Assembly: GCA_951406725.2 (NCBI GenBank) | Contig: OX597827.1 | Location: 31,434,001-31,498,000, forward strand | Direction: 5' to 3' | Length of the DNA stretch: 64,000 bases | Source of the DNA: Octopus vulgaris | Lineage: Eukaryota | Shown: positions 51,476-63,868 of the stretch, piece after piece | Position numbering within the stretch: the stretch's first letter is position 1 | How the letters are laid out: every line of letters starts with the position of its first letter | Translations under genes and position numbers: made by a program | The notes under the pieces: generated by a model | What the model saw: only the letters and a program-made list of their open reading frames with translations | Databases searched by the model: none | What the model was told of the DNA's origin: nothing

Positions 51476-52133
51476 AATTAAAGGAGGAAACTGGTAAAGG
51501 TTGGTGACAGGAAATGCATCCAATTATTAAAAAATCCATCTCAACAAATTTTGTCTGACTCGTGCAAGTGGACATTAAAATGATGATAACGAGGATGATG
51601 GCTATGATGAAATATGCTTTTGTTGTTGTTGTTATTGAAGGTGTGTGTGTGTTTGTGTATACCAATGTACACAGCTGTACCATGTATATCAACTGGTAAC
51701 TCAACCATTTGATAAAACAAGAAATATTAGATTGAAAACATGTGATGGAAATGTTGGTATGATTCGACTGACTAAAAAACCTTGAAGGCAACACTTAAGG
51801 TTCAGCATGGTTATAAGTTTTATACCTGAGGCCAAATAAGAAGAACTAAGTGATATTAGTCCTTATAAACCTGAGTCTGAGATGCAGAAAAATAATGGTG
51901 TGTGGGAATGCAATTCAGACTGTGCATGCAATGGCTAGCGTGGAACTGTACCAGTCATCAGGTTACAGGAATGTGATGACAATTTTGGAACTTTAAATTT
52001 AATCCTTTTGCTATCATATTTCTATTAGCAGACACTGTTTTTACTTGAATAGGTTTTGAAAAAAAAAATGAATAAGTTAGTATTATAACTTTGTCATTAT
52101 ATAAATGAAGAATTTAGTATATGAATATATATA

Positions 52134-52660
52134 TCTCTTATGATAAAAGGCAGATTTTCTCTGCCTCTGACATAGTTTGTTTTTAATACAATTGTACAAT
52201 ATAGAATTTTTTCAATTGGAATTTACCTATGATTTTTCGAAGTACATTCAATTGGGTCATGGCATATCAATTTTTTTCAATTTGACCCCCAATTAAGCAA
52301 AAATTCGAGAAAACTAAATATTTTACGATTTGCCTCACTCATATCAACTGCTTCACTCCTTCTATTACCACACTTTCTCCTACTTTCTCTTTGCAAGTGT
52401 ACCTTAAACCACTACTCAAAAAAAATACACAGGAAACAGAAACAAATAAATACATAACGATTTACTCCTCACACAATTTCTTCAAATGGAATTTACCTAT
52501 GATTTTTCAAGGTACATTCCATTGGGTCATGGCATTGAAATTTCTTTCAATTTGATCCCCAATTAAGCAAAAATTCGAGAAAACTCAATATTTTACGATT
52601 GGTTTTTAATTTACTTTCTGTCGCTAAGTTTTCGTAGTATTAATTTGCAAGCGTACTTCA
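52134..52660 (+). mobile_element. Possible Helitron-like fragment with an internal ~120-bp duplication
   Basis: Starts A|TCTCTTATGATAAAAGG. 52217-52331 is repeated at 52487-52600. Confidence 0.45.
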
Positions 52661-52900
52661 GTTGTCAATTGTTGAAAGAAAGAAATTGTAAGCTAAGAAG
52701 GTGTGTGTGTGTGTGCGTGCGTGCATGTGTGTGTGTGTCTGTGTGTGTGTCTGTGTGTCTGTCTCTGTGTGTGTGTGTGTGTGTGTGTGTGTAGGAAGTG
52801 AAGGATAAAAATATGGCAAGAAGTGAACAGATGTACATATATACATACATACATCCATACATGTGTGTGTGTATGTATGTGTATTAATGTGTGTGTGTTA

Positions 52901-53291
52901 TCTCTCTCAATATAAAGCTGAAGTTGTCTGTGTGCGCCAGGTTTGGTAGCCTTCAACTAACACTATCTCCTCTGAGACCCTGTGGCGCAAGTTGACCATA
53001 ATTGAGAGTATGATAGAAGAAGGGTCGCTCTTCCTTCCGTACAAGATAAAATTCAAATCGGACCATGTTAACACCAAAAATTATTTACATCAAAAAGGTG
53101 CTTTTTTCTATGAAAATCCATGTTTTTTACGATTTTTTCACTGCTGTGTCGCCACTTTTCGGTGTATTTCAACCAGAAAAATGTTCACTTGAAGTGAATA
53201 ACAAGCTACATAATGCAAAATTTTTACTTTTCAAAAATTCCAATTCCAGCGGGTCGAAACAAACCTGAGCAACGCCGGGCGATACTGCTAG
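52901..53291 (+). mobile_element. Non-autonomous Helitron-like element
   Basis: A|TC...tataaagctg start; cctgagcaacgccggg hairpin plus gatactgCTAG|T end. Confidence 0.75.
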
Positions 53292-53304
53292 TATATATAT
53301 ATAT

Positions 53305-53999
53305 ATAGAATGGTTGTATACTGTCAATCTAACGTGAACGTGACAGTAGGGGGTTACACCACCGCTGTTTAGCCCTAGGAAGCATCGACGCTTCCTGCTG
53401 GCTTCGACCCATTCTTTCCTGTGTCCTTATATACATTTACAAAGGGGAGACAAACACCCCCAGCAGCCAGGCCTGCATCTAGAGACACGCATGTTTCAGG
53501 ATCATAGTCCTTCATCGGTCTAGAGTAGCAGACGCCCGCCAGCTGCTGATATCTGTCCCGATTCGCAAATGTATATATCTAATTTTCAGTGAAGTTTATT
53601 CACTGATTACCAAAATCAGAAATATTAAATTTCTAAATCTCTCATAGAGATATGTATGGTGGTGGGGCGATAGAATGGTTGTATACTGTCAATCTAACAT
53701 GAACGTGACAGTAGGGGGTTACACCACCACTGTTTAGCCCTAGGAAGCATCGACGCTTCCTGCTGGCTTTGACACATTTTTTCCTGTGTCCCTGGGGGTG
53801 TTTGTCTCCCCTTTGTAAATGTATATAAGGACACAGGAAAAAATGTGTCGAAGCCAGCAGGAAGCGTCGATGCTTCCTAGGACTAAACAGCGGTGGTGTA
53901 ACCCCCTACTGTCAGGTTCACGTTAGATTGACAGTATACAACCATTCTAACGCCCCACCACCGTACATATCTCTATGAGAGATTTAGAAATTTAATATT

Positions 54000-54005
<6 letters not shown>
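53305..54005. mobile_element. Penelope-like pseudo-LTR cluster (two direct copies, one inverted)
   Basis: 53306-53427 is repeated at 53671-53791. Arms 53615-53791 and 53829-54005 are inverted. HHR at 53478-53524. Confidence 0.75.
53478..53524 (-). ncRNA. Type I hammerhead ribozyme, U4C core variant
   Basis: Reverse complement tctaga-CCGATGA-aggactatgatcct-GAAAC-atgcgt-GTC-tctaga. Confidence 0.72.
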
Positions 54006-54027
<22 letters not shown>

Positions 54028-54034
<7 letters not shown>

Positions 54035-54235
54035 AATTAAGGACTGAACACGAAAAGTGGACAGTCAACATGCTAGATATAGACGTCAAATCGCCATTCA
54101 CCACAAAAGATTATGTTCTCAGATCAAACTTGAGTTTGATCTGAGAACATAATCTTTTGTGGTGAATGGCGATTTGACGTCTATATCTAGCATGTTGACT
54201 GTCCACTTTTCGTGTTCAGTCCTTAATTGGTATAT
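54028..54235. repeat. Perfect palindrome, 103-bp arms and 2-nt loop
   Basis: ...cagatcaaact-tg-agtttgatctg...; arms are complementary out to 54028/54235. Confidence 0.92.
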
Positions 54236-54456
54236 GTAAATATTTTAATCTTCGGATTCTTTTTTAATATGCTAGACCACTGGTCTTAATTGATAAATAT
54301 CAATTTCTACCCTTAATTAATTTTATATATATATATATATATATTTCGTATAGTATAGTATAGTATATAAAATATATAAATGAAGAATTTAGTATTATAA
54401 CTTTGTATTTGGAACATAACATGAAATTTTAAGGGAAGGTGTTAATTTAGATCACT

Positions 54457-55082
54457 TTAACCCTTTTGTTAACATATTTCTATTATGATACATTGTTTCT
54501 CTGTTTCAATAAATTTTAGAAAAAATTAAGAATTTGGTATAATAACTTTGTCATTATGAAGCTGGTGTAAGGCAGTAAGCCAGAAGAATTGTTGTAACAC
54601 TGGACAAAATGCTTAGCAGCATTATGTCCATTTTTATGTTCTGAGTTCAAATTCTACCAAGGCCAATTTTGCTTTTCATCCTTTCGGGGTCAATAAAACA
54701 AGTACCAGTTGAGTACTGGGGGTCAATCTATTCAACTATTGCCATCCCCTAAAATCTCAAGCCTTGTGCCCAAAGCAAAAAGAATTGTTAAGCTGGTGTT
54801 TGGAACATAAATTAAAATGAAACCACAATGGAAAGGATTAATTCAGATCACTTTAACTCTTTTGTTACCATATTTCTGTTAGCATTTACTGCTCTTGCTG
54901 CATCTAATTTCGAAAATAATGAAGAATTTAGTAATACAACTTTGCCATTATTAAATTGGTGTTTGGAATATAAATTAGGATGAAATTTTAATGGAAGGTT
55001 AAAATTCAGATTGCTTTAAAACAGGAAATTTGTATCCTAGAATCACAGGCAATCTTGGGTGGGTTGGTGACCAAAAGGTTAA
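54457..55082. mobile_element. Nested TTAA-CCC MITE copies with a Nin-like SINE insertion
   Basis: ttaaccctttt ... aaaaggttaa; body shared with 60412-61101. Confidence 0.6.
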
Positions 55083-55724
55083 AATTAATTTAACAGCGAT
55101 ATTTTATATTGTGTTATCAAATGGTTGTTTTGTGATATAGTCATTCAAAGATTTAACACATGGTATCAGATCAGTTTGACAGCTAGACAAGAACGACTCT
55201 GAAATATCTAACAATTGCCAGGCAGAAACAATTTATTAGTCTTGGATTTGACAAGAAAGAATGACAGGTACTAGTGATGTGGTTATTTAGCAACTTAGAA
55301 ACACAAGAACAGAGCAAGCAATGGATATCACAATTCATGTTCTTCATTTCTATACAAATGGTAACTTCACCACCACCACCACCACCACGGCCACACTAGG
55401 CCACAGATCAGAATGAAGTGATAAACATTGCAAAAAAAAAACAAAAGTTGAAAAATGTTCATCTCTAATTGCAATGATCTTAATCAGTGTGAATGTGCTT
55501 GAAGCACATTTGAATTGGGGACCAAACTACACTGTGTTTTATCATGGAGAATATATCTTGCTTGGTCAGCTCACAGCACCATCAACCTAGACTTTAAAAT
55601 GCTAGCATTTTGGAGTCATTACCTCCTCGTTGGTCACAGACAATAAGCAGACGGCATTGTGAGTTGAATTAAGAGATTATTCCTCTTATGCTTTTCCAGT
55701 CATTGTATGGTGACTGACAGTGCT

Positions 55725-55968
55725 ATGTGGCATGTAAAAAGCACCAGCCGATTGTGGTTGTTGCCAGCCACCTCTGGCCTCCTGTGCCAGTGGCACATAA
55801 AAAGCACCCACCCACTACACTCTCGGAGTGATTGGCATTAGGAAGGGCATCAAGCTGTAGAAACACTGCCAGATCAAGATTGGAGCCTAGTGCAGCCTCC
55901 TGGCTTCCCAGACCCCAGTTATCCAATGCCAGAATGGAAAATGGACGTTAAACAATGATGATGATGAA
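55725..55968 (+). mobile_element. RTE 3'UTR-derived repeat
   Basis: ggcattaggaagggcatc...ggacgttaaacaatgatgatgatg. Confidence 0.75.
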
Positions 55969-56343
55969 TGTATTTCATTTGTTCATAAATGATGTGTATA
56001 CACCTAGGTCATCTTGCAGTGCCACCTACCTAGACTGTGAGATGTTAACATTATGGTGAGTAAATTGCTAAGGGGGGGGGCGCTAAGCAGTGGTAAGTGA
56101 AACTTCAATGTTGTTATCTGTCCGAATATGCTTGATGCACATTCGAACTGGGGAACGAGCTGCTCACTGTGTTTTGTAATGGAGAATATGTCTCACTCTA
56201 AATCTAAGGCCAATAGTTTGGAAATTTATGGGGAGGTGATGTGTGGTAAGAAGTTTGCTTCTCAACCACATGTTTCCATTGCAGGACACCTTGGACAAGT
56301 GTCTTGGAAGACAGAAACTGAAAGAAACCAGTCATATACGTGT

Positions 56344-56378
<35 letters not shown>

Positions 56379-56925
56379 TATTTGTTGCAAATCACTGCTT
56401 CACAACCGATGTGTGTCCCTGTAACTTAGCAGCTCAGCAAAAAGAAACTGATAAAACAAGTACCAGGTTTTACAAAAAAAAAAAAGGGAAAAGTTCTGGT
56501 GTCAATTCACTCGACTAAAATTTCCCATAGGCAATGCCCCAGCATGGCCACAGTCTAATGACTGAAACAAATGAAAGATGAAAGATAAGACATTGGACAA
56601 AGTGCTTAGAATGGAATTTTTCCAAGTCTTTACATTTTGAGTTCAAATACTACTGAGGCCGATTCTGCCTTTCATCCTCCCTGGGTCAATAAAAGAAAAT
56701 ACTAGTCAAAAACTTGGGTCAGTGCTATACTTTGAAACAATTATTTATCATCCTCATTGTTTTGACATCCACTGTTCCAGGGTTCCCCCCACCACCACCT
56801 TTCATCACTTTTACCATCACAACAATAATTTCTACTATAGGCACAAGGCCTGAAATTTTTGGGAGAGGTGGGGGAGCAGTTGATTAGATCCCCCCCCCCC
56901 TGCCACCTCCAGTATGCAACTGGTA

Positions 56926-57337
56926 CTCTTTTACTTGTTTCAGTCATTTGACTGTGGCCATGCTGAAGCATCGCCTTTAGTCGAGCAAATCGACCCCAGG
57001 ACTTATTCTTTATAAGCCTAGTACTTATTCTATTGGTCTCTTTTACCGAACCGCAAAGTTACGGAGACATAAGCACACCAGTATTGGTTGTGAAGCAATG
57101 TTGGAGGGACAATCACAGACACACAAACATATACACACATACATATACACACATATATGTATATATGTACATATATACGACAGGCTTTTTTCAGTTTCCG
57201 TCTACCAAATCCACTCACAAGGCTTTGGTTGACCCGAGGCTATAAAAGAAGACACTTGCCCAAGGTGCCATGCAGTGGGACTGAACCCGGATCCATGTGG
57301 TTCGTAAGCAAGTTACTTACCACACAGCTACTCCTAC
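56926..57337 (-). mobile_element. Full-length SINE B nested in a Nin-like SINE
   Basis: Complete consensus. Host halves lie at 56825-56925 and 57340-57470. Confidence 0.85.
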
Positions 57338-57914
57338 TTAATTTAATTTATCAAACCCTGAAAGGATGAAAAGTCAACCTTCACGGATTTTGAACTCAGA
57401 ACGGAGCAATGGGTGAAATACCATGAAGCATTTCGTCCAGCGTGCTAACAATTCTGCCAGGCTCACCAACTAACCATCAGAACAATTATGGCAATAACGA
57501 CAACAACAATGGCAAGAACAACACTAGCAACAGCAATGGCTGCAATATTTCTAAATGGAAACCTTCCAAAATGCTATTTCTATAACTCAAACTGCTCCCA
57601 AGTTCTCGTTGAATGAAGAGGTGAGATGTCTTTTTAATAAACTGTTGCAGCTAATAATACAAGGATGATTAAATATCTTCTTCTTCCTTCTTCTCCTCCT
57701 CCCCCCTTACATACTCATCTTCCCTTCATTCTAAAACACTTGGTCTCTCATTCCCCCCCACACACACTTTGTTTCCTCCTAACTACTTGATACGTCCCTT
57801 ACATTGAAGAAGAAGCTAATTGTTCTGTCCGAATGGATTCCAGGTTTTCCCAGTTTCCAGAAAGTAAGACAAGATGTTGGTCAGACTGGTGATGGCACTT
57901 TGATCTCTCAAGTA

Positions 57915-58340
57915 ATGTCACTGTCACCACCACCACCATCACCATCACCAACAACCACAACACTGACACCACCACTACAATCACTACCACCACCACTGCC
58001 ACTGCCACCACCACCACCATCAACATCATCAACATTGTCTTTATCAATACCATCGTTATCGTTATCCTCTTGAACGTCACTATCTTTATCTTCATGACCA
58101 CTGTCATCATCATCATCATCGTCATTGTCGTCATTGCCATCATAGTTTTAAACATCAATGTCATCATCATCACCATCACCATCACAATAATCAACATTGT
58201 CATCATCATGATAATAATCGTCATAATCATTGTCACTACCACCACCACTACCAAAACCATTATCTTCATCATCACAGTCACCACCACCATCATCATCATT
58301 ATCATCGTCATCATCATCGTAATTGTTGTCATCATCCTTG
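57915..58340. repeat. (CAC/CAT)n low-complexity tract
   Basis: Direct reading. Confidence 0.85.
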
Positions 58341-58652
58341 CCGGCATTAAATGTCCAGCCTCTCCTCAAGTGTTTTTCCAACAAGTTGGCACGCAGCCGC
58401 AATGTCACGATTAATAACTGATGCCATTTTGAGAATAATAGTTAGTCAGGCATTTGCAGAGGCTCTCTGGATTCTACAGAAGTATCATCAGTCAGTCTAT
58501 TGTTCCAAAGTGAGTGGTGGTGGAGGTGTTGGTGATGGAAATGGTTTGAGTGGAATTACAAGTAATGAGTGACGCCACTGGTGTTGTGTTGTTTTACCCT
58601 TTAGCATTCAGGTAATTCTCTCAAATGCAATGCTTAATCATCATCATCATTG

Positions 58653-58935
58653 TGAAGGCGCATGGCTCAGTGGTTAGAGCATCGAGCTTACGATCGTGAG
58701 ATTGTGAGCTTGAATCCCGTACTGGGCTGTGTGTTGTGTTCGTGAGCAAGACACTTTATTTCACGTTGCTCCAGTTCACTCAGTTGTAGAAATGAGTTGC
58801 GATGTCACATGTGTCAAACTGTATCTGCTGTTGCCTTCCCTTTGGATAACACTGGTGGCGTGGAGAGGGGAGGCCGGTATGCATAAACAACCTTGCCCGG
58901 ACTTGTGCCTTGGAGGGTAACTGAAGGGGGTCTCA
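58653..58935 (+). mobile_element. tRNA SINE with V/Meta-like core
   Basis: A box tggctcagtgg, B-box-like gcttgaatccc, core gagcaagacacttt. Confidence 0.8.
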
Positions 58936-59520
58936 ATCATCATCATCATCATCATCGTTTAAAATCCGTTTTCCATGCTGGTATGGGTTGGACGGTTTGA
59001 CTGAGGTCTGGAAAGACAGCAGCTGCACCAGGCTCCAATCTGATCATGCAATGTTTCTATAGCTGCTTGCTCTTCCTAATGCCAATCATTCCATGAGTTT
59101 AGTGGGTGTTTTTTACATGCCACCGGCATGGGAGCCAGTCAGGTGGACCTTGGCATCAACCACGTTTGGATGGTGCTTTTTACATGCCACTGGCACGGGG
59201 GCCAGTCAGTGGGTATGTGCATCAGCCATGTTCAGATGGTGCTTTTCACATGCCGCTAGCATGAGAGCCAGTCAGTGGGTACTGGCATTGGCTACATTCA
59301 GATGGTGCATTTTACATGCCACCGGCATGAGAGCCAGTTAGGGAGTACTGACATCAGCCATGTTCAGATGGTATTTGTGTCGGCCATGTTCAGATGGTGC
59401 TTTTTACATGTCACTGGCACAAGTGCCAGTCAGGGGATACTGATATCGGCCATGTTCGGATGATCCTTTTGATGTGACAATGGCATGGGGGCCAGTCAGT
59501 GGGCACTGGCCATAGCTACA
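58936..59520 (-). mobile_element. RTE 3'UTR-derived repeat with an expanded ~62-bp internal array
   Basis: Repeated ggtgctttttacatgccaccggcatgggagccagtcag units. Confidence 0.75.
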
Positions 59521-59847
59521 ATATTGGTAGTGCATCATCTTGAAGCTTTAAGATTATGATGAGGTGTGATTGTTTAATTTTAGATTAACATTATAGGGTA
59601 TGTGTGAGAGGTCAGAGCTGGCCAGTTTGAACAGGAAATAAGAATATTTGGGTTAAATATGGCCAGTTTGAATGCCAAAGAGTTAAATTCCTCCATCCAT
59701 TCAACGAGCAGTAGAAAGGCATCACATTGGTGAATGTAGGTTTGTTACAACTATTTAACCTGACTCGGGTTAGCTCTGATCCATACAGAAGGTTCCTGAT
59801 CAAAAATTTTCCAGAGTGCCAGAAAGATTACTGCAAAACAAGCTATC

Positions 59848-60082
59848 TTTTTTCTTTACTGCCCACAAGGGGCTATACACAGAGGGGACAAACAAGGACA
59901 GACAAACGGATTAAGTCGATTATATTGACCCCAGTGCGTAACTGGTACTTATTGAATAGACCCTGAAAGAACGAAAGGCAAAGTCAACCTCGGCAGAATT
60001 TGAACTCAGAGCGTAGCGGCAGGCGTAATACTGCTGAGCATTTTGCCCGGCGTGCTAACGTTTCTGCCAGCTCACTGCCTTA
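59848..60082 (-). mobile_element. Full-length Nin-like tRNA SINE
   Basis: Reverse complement head ggcagtgagctggcagaaacgttagcacgccggg...ctgagttcaaattc. Confidence 0.85.
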
Positions 60083-60481
60083 AACAATCTATCTGATGCT
60101 GTATGACTCTACCAATGAGCCGCGATTGATTTAGCCTTTGGTTTTGATTTTTGAAACCTATCTGAGATAGCAGGATGTAATTTGAAGGGGATTTGGGCAG
60201 CTGCTTCTAGAAGGCCAAATGGGTGTATAGAGCTGCGATTATCAATCTTTTGTAGCTTAGTGTGGGTGAGAATGTTTCAGGGAGATTTGGCAGCTATTTC
60301 TGGCAACTAAAGCAACCACATAAGGGATTCTGTCACTGGCTTCTTAGAAAAGAAGTATTTTCTGGCCCATAAGATGTTGCTCTACTATGCGCCTCTCCAC
60401 ATTTGCGTTAACCCTTTCATTACTCTACTTCTGTAGAAATATACTTCTTTTGTTTAAATAATGAGGAATTTACTAGAATAA

Positions 60482-60627
60482 TATTATTTACATTTGATGG
60501 ATATTTGTCCTCATCTTGTTTGTTGCTAACACAACGTTTCGGCTGATATACCCTCCAGCCTTCATCAGGTGTCTTGGGGAAATTTCGAACCTGGATTCTC
60601 ATTCCTAAGGTAGTTTTTGATGTTATT

Positions 60628-60660
<33 letters not shown>

Positions 60661-60781
60661 GAGTGAGAAAGCAGTGCTATTATTATAATATTATTATCAT
60701 TATCATTATTATCATTATCATTATCATTATTATTATATTATTATCATTATCATTATCATTATTATCATTATTATCATTATT

Positions 60782-60831
<50 letters not shown>

Positions 60832-60948
60832 CATTATTATTCAGGTCCTGCCTGGAATCAAACTCAGAATTTTGGGGTTAGTAGCCTGTGCTCTTAACCA
60901 CGAAATAATGTACATAATTCCTCATCCCTTAAATATAGAACTGTAATA
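60482..60948 (-). mobile_element. tRNA-headed, hammerhead-containing retroposon with an inverted terminal segment
   Basis: Head 60848-60901, (AAT)n linker, HHR 60528-60573, inverted tail 60903-60944. TSD actagaataa at 60472-60481 and 60949-60958. Confidence 0.85.
60528..60573 (-). ncRNA. Ultra-minimal type I hammerhead motif
   Basis: Reverse complement gacac-CTGATGA-a-ggctg-gagggtatat-cagcc-GAA-ACGT-T-gtgtt. Confidence 0.75.
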
Positions 60949-61169
60949 ACTAGAATAACTTTGTCATTTTTAAGTTGATTTTTGGAACAGAAACTAACAT
61001 AAAATTTTGATGCAAAGTTAAAAATCATTTAAAATTATTTAAAACAAGAAGTTCATATCATAGAGCCAGGAGTGATCTTTGGTGGGTTGGTAGCAAAAGG
61101 GTTAAGGAGCTACTATATGGTTGCTAGAAATAACAATTGAATTTTCCTCAAATCTCAGTTTCATTGACG

Positions 61170-61400
61170 TATAGGTTCCCCACCTGAATGGGATGCCAGT
61201 CTGTTGCAGGTGAGCTGCTAGATGCAGGAGGAAAGAGTGAGAGAAAGTTGTGGTGAAAGAGTCAGCAGAAGTTCACCCTTACTTTCTGTGAGAGCTGTGT
61301 GGAGTTTGGGTGTTTCGCTTATAAACACATGCATTGCCTGGTCTGAGATTCGAACCCATGATCCCTCGACCACAAGTCTGCTGCTGTAACCATTAGGCCA
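61170..61400 (-). mobile_element. tRNA SINE (related copy at 63020-63225)
   Basis: Reverse complement tggcctaatggtt...gggttcgaatctc: A and B boxes. Confidence 0.7.
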
Positions 61401-63646
61401 CTAGCTTTAATAAAAAATGCTCATGAAGAACACATTGAAGAAGGTAATCTTAGATGCACTATGTCATTGACCGTAAATCTGCTCAGTCAGGTATGACCTG
61501 GGACTTGACAATAATGACAACAGCAGCAGCATCACCACCACTACCACCACCAACAACAACATCAACATCAGTGAATTCCTGTCTTTGAAACCATTATAAT
61601 AACAAACAAGTGTTCTTCACACAAGAAGCTGCATGGTGGCTGGACAGAAGAGAAAAACAAGTGATTAGAGTCCTATTTGTATCAGATTAGCTGGTTGGTG
61701 TGATTGATGGTCGAGGTCAAGAGGGTGTTGGAGAAACATCAAAATAAATAATAAATATTTGAGGAGTGATTAGCATTTAAATAAATCATTTGAACAGCAC
61801 TACAAGAAAGGGCATTCCGATATCACAGGGTGTGATAATTTAAAAAAAATAAAAATATATAATTTTTTTCTTTTTTGTAAATTTGTAAATCTCTTATCAT
61901 TAAATCTGTTTTGAGAAGGTAAAGGAAAGATGTTAGATTAGCAGGACATGAAACAAGGGTTAACAAAGTTAAACAGATCTTAAGTAAATGTTTAGAAAAA
62001 GGAGAAACGGCAATTACAAACAGCAATAAGAATGACATAAAAGCAATAACAACAACATTCTTTCACATTAAAAGAGTCTTAGGATATCGCAACTGGTTGA
62101 GATAACTCCTTGTTGGTGACTTGAGCACTCAAAGGAGTCTTTATGTTGTTGCTTGATCTGCTATGTATAGCAGCCAAATCACCCTCAAATTACACCATAG
62201 CAGAGGCATTTTCAGTCACTGTTCAATAGTACACTTGAATGCTGTATATACTGTGTAGTACAGATGTGGTTGTGAAGTATGTGTATATGTATGTGTATGT
62301 GTGTGCATGTGTGTGTTGGTGTACCCCCTTGTTTGAACATCACATGACAATTGTAAACAAGCATCACATCAAAACAAGCAATGTGGTTCATTTCCAGTCT
62401 TCCGTGGAAAACATGTCCAGCCATGGGAAAATATAACCCTGCTTGGAAAAACGTGAAGGCTGGCTACAGGAAGGGCACCCATCCATGGAAAATCTGATCC
62501 CCAAAAGTTCTGCCTGGCCCATGCAAGTCTGGACAAAAGTTAACATTAAATGACGATCCATGGATGATGATCCACAGGCAAAGCATGAATGAATGTTTTG
62601 AAATGAATTAGAAAATACCAAAATATTCTCATTTAGCATCTGTTTTCCATTGCTGGCAGGGATCAGATAGTTTGACTGGGACTAATAAGCTGGAGAGCTA
62701 TACCAGGCTCCAGTCTGATCCTAGCATGGCCTCTACAGCTGAATATCATCGTCTTCGTCTTCCAATCAGGACTCACACCATTAGCCACAAAGAATAATCT
62801 CTCATTCGAGCCTACACTGAGCTACTAAGAATGTGTGTGGCAACTTGAAGATCCACCCACCACACGCGATAGACTGGCAGTTGCACGGGGTTCAAAAGTT
62901 ACGTTGTTAACCTCATTCCGTAAACGGTGGCTTTTAACGGGTGGAGAGCTGAACCATCCTGGGGTACAGAGGATTCGCAATCTAGACTAGGGTCTGAAAG
63001 TTTACCACACCATTGTTCCTCTGCTTTGTGGCAGAAGTAGGAAGAAAGAGTGAGAGAAAGTTGTGGTGAAAGAGTATAGCGGGGGTTCACCCCAACCCCC
63101 ACTGGAGCCTCGTGGAGCTTAGGTGTTTTTACTCAATAAACACTCACAATGCCTGGTCTGGGAATCAAAACCGCCTTCTTTTGACTGCGAGTCCGCTGCC
63201 CTAACCACTGGGCCATTGCACCTTCACTGCTGAATGCCCTTCCTAATACTAATCACTCCAAGAGTGTAGTGGGTGCCTTTTATGTGTCACCAGCACCGAC
63301 CAGGACTATGATTTCACTTGGCTTGATGAATCTTCTCAAGCATGACAAATCATCAAGGATCTCAATCATTAGTTAACACCTCCATGAGACCCAACATTCG
63401 AAGATCATGCCTCACCATCTTGTCTCCTTTCTGCACTGCAATGGTGCATGCATATTTCTTCGTGATTTTTTTTTTGTTTGATGGAATTTTTAAAAAGCTG
63501 ACAGGGCTCAACAATAGTTTTAGCTGTTTCTTTCATGTGTCATGGATACAAAAGGATTGAAAATCACCACCATTAATATATTAGCCCTTTTTGATAACAA
63601 CCTGCTGGATCCCACACTGGTTCTATTATACAAACATCTCATTTAA

Positions 63647-63868
63647 CCCTTTTATTATCAACTCGGCTGAAACCGCCTCTGGTTTTGTAGTACAAATGTC
63701 TTGTTTTCATAAGTTTTTAATTAAAATTTTCCACCAAACCTTAATCACAATTTATGTTCCTAACACTAGCTGAATAATAACTAAGTTATTTTACTAAATT
63801 CTTTGTTCTATTTAAAATTAATTGAAAGAAACACTCAGCATCTCAAAATAAATACAATAATGAAAGGG
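63647..63868. mobile_element. TTAA-flanked MITE
   Basis: TTAA|CCCTTT...AAAGGG|TTAA; reverse-orientation relative of 60412-61101. Confidence 0.8.

Larger units (their letters stand above)
60412..61101. mobile_element. TTAA-flanked MITE (piggyBac-like ends) hosting the tRNA-HHR retroposon
   Basis: TTAA|CCCTTT ... AAAGGG|TTAA. Confidence 0.75.
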
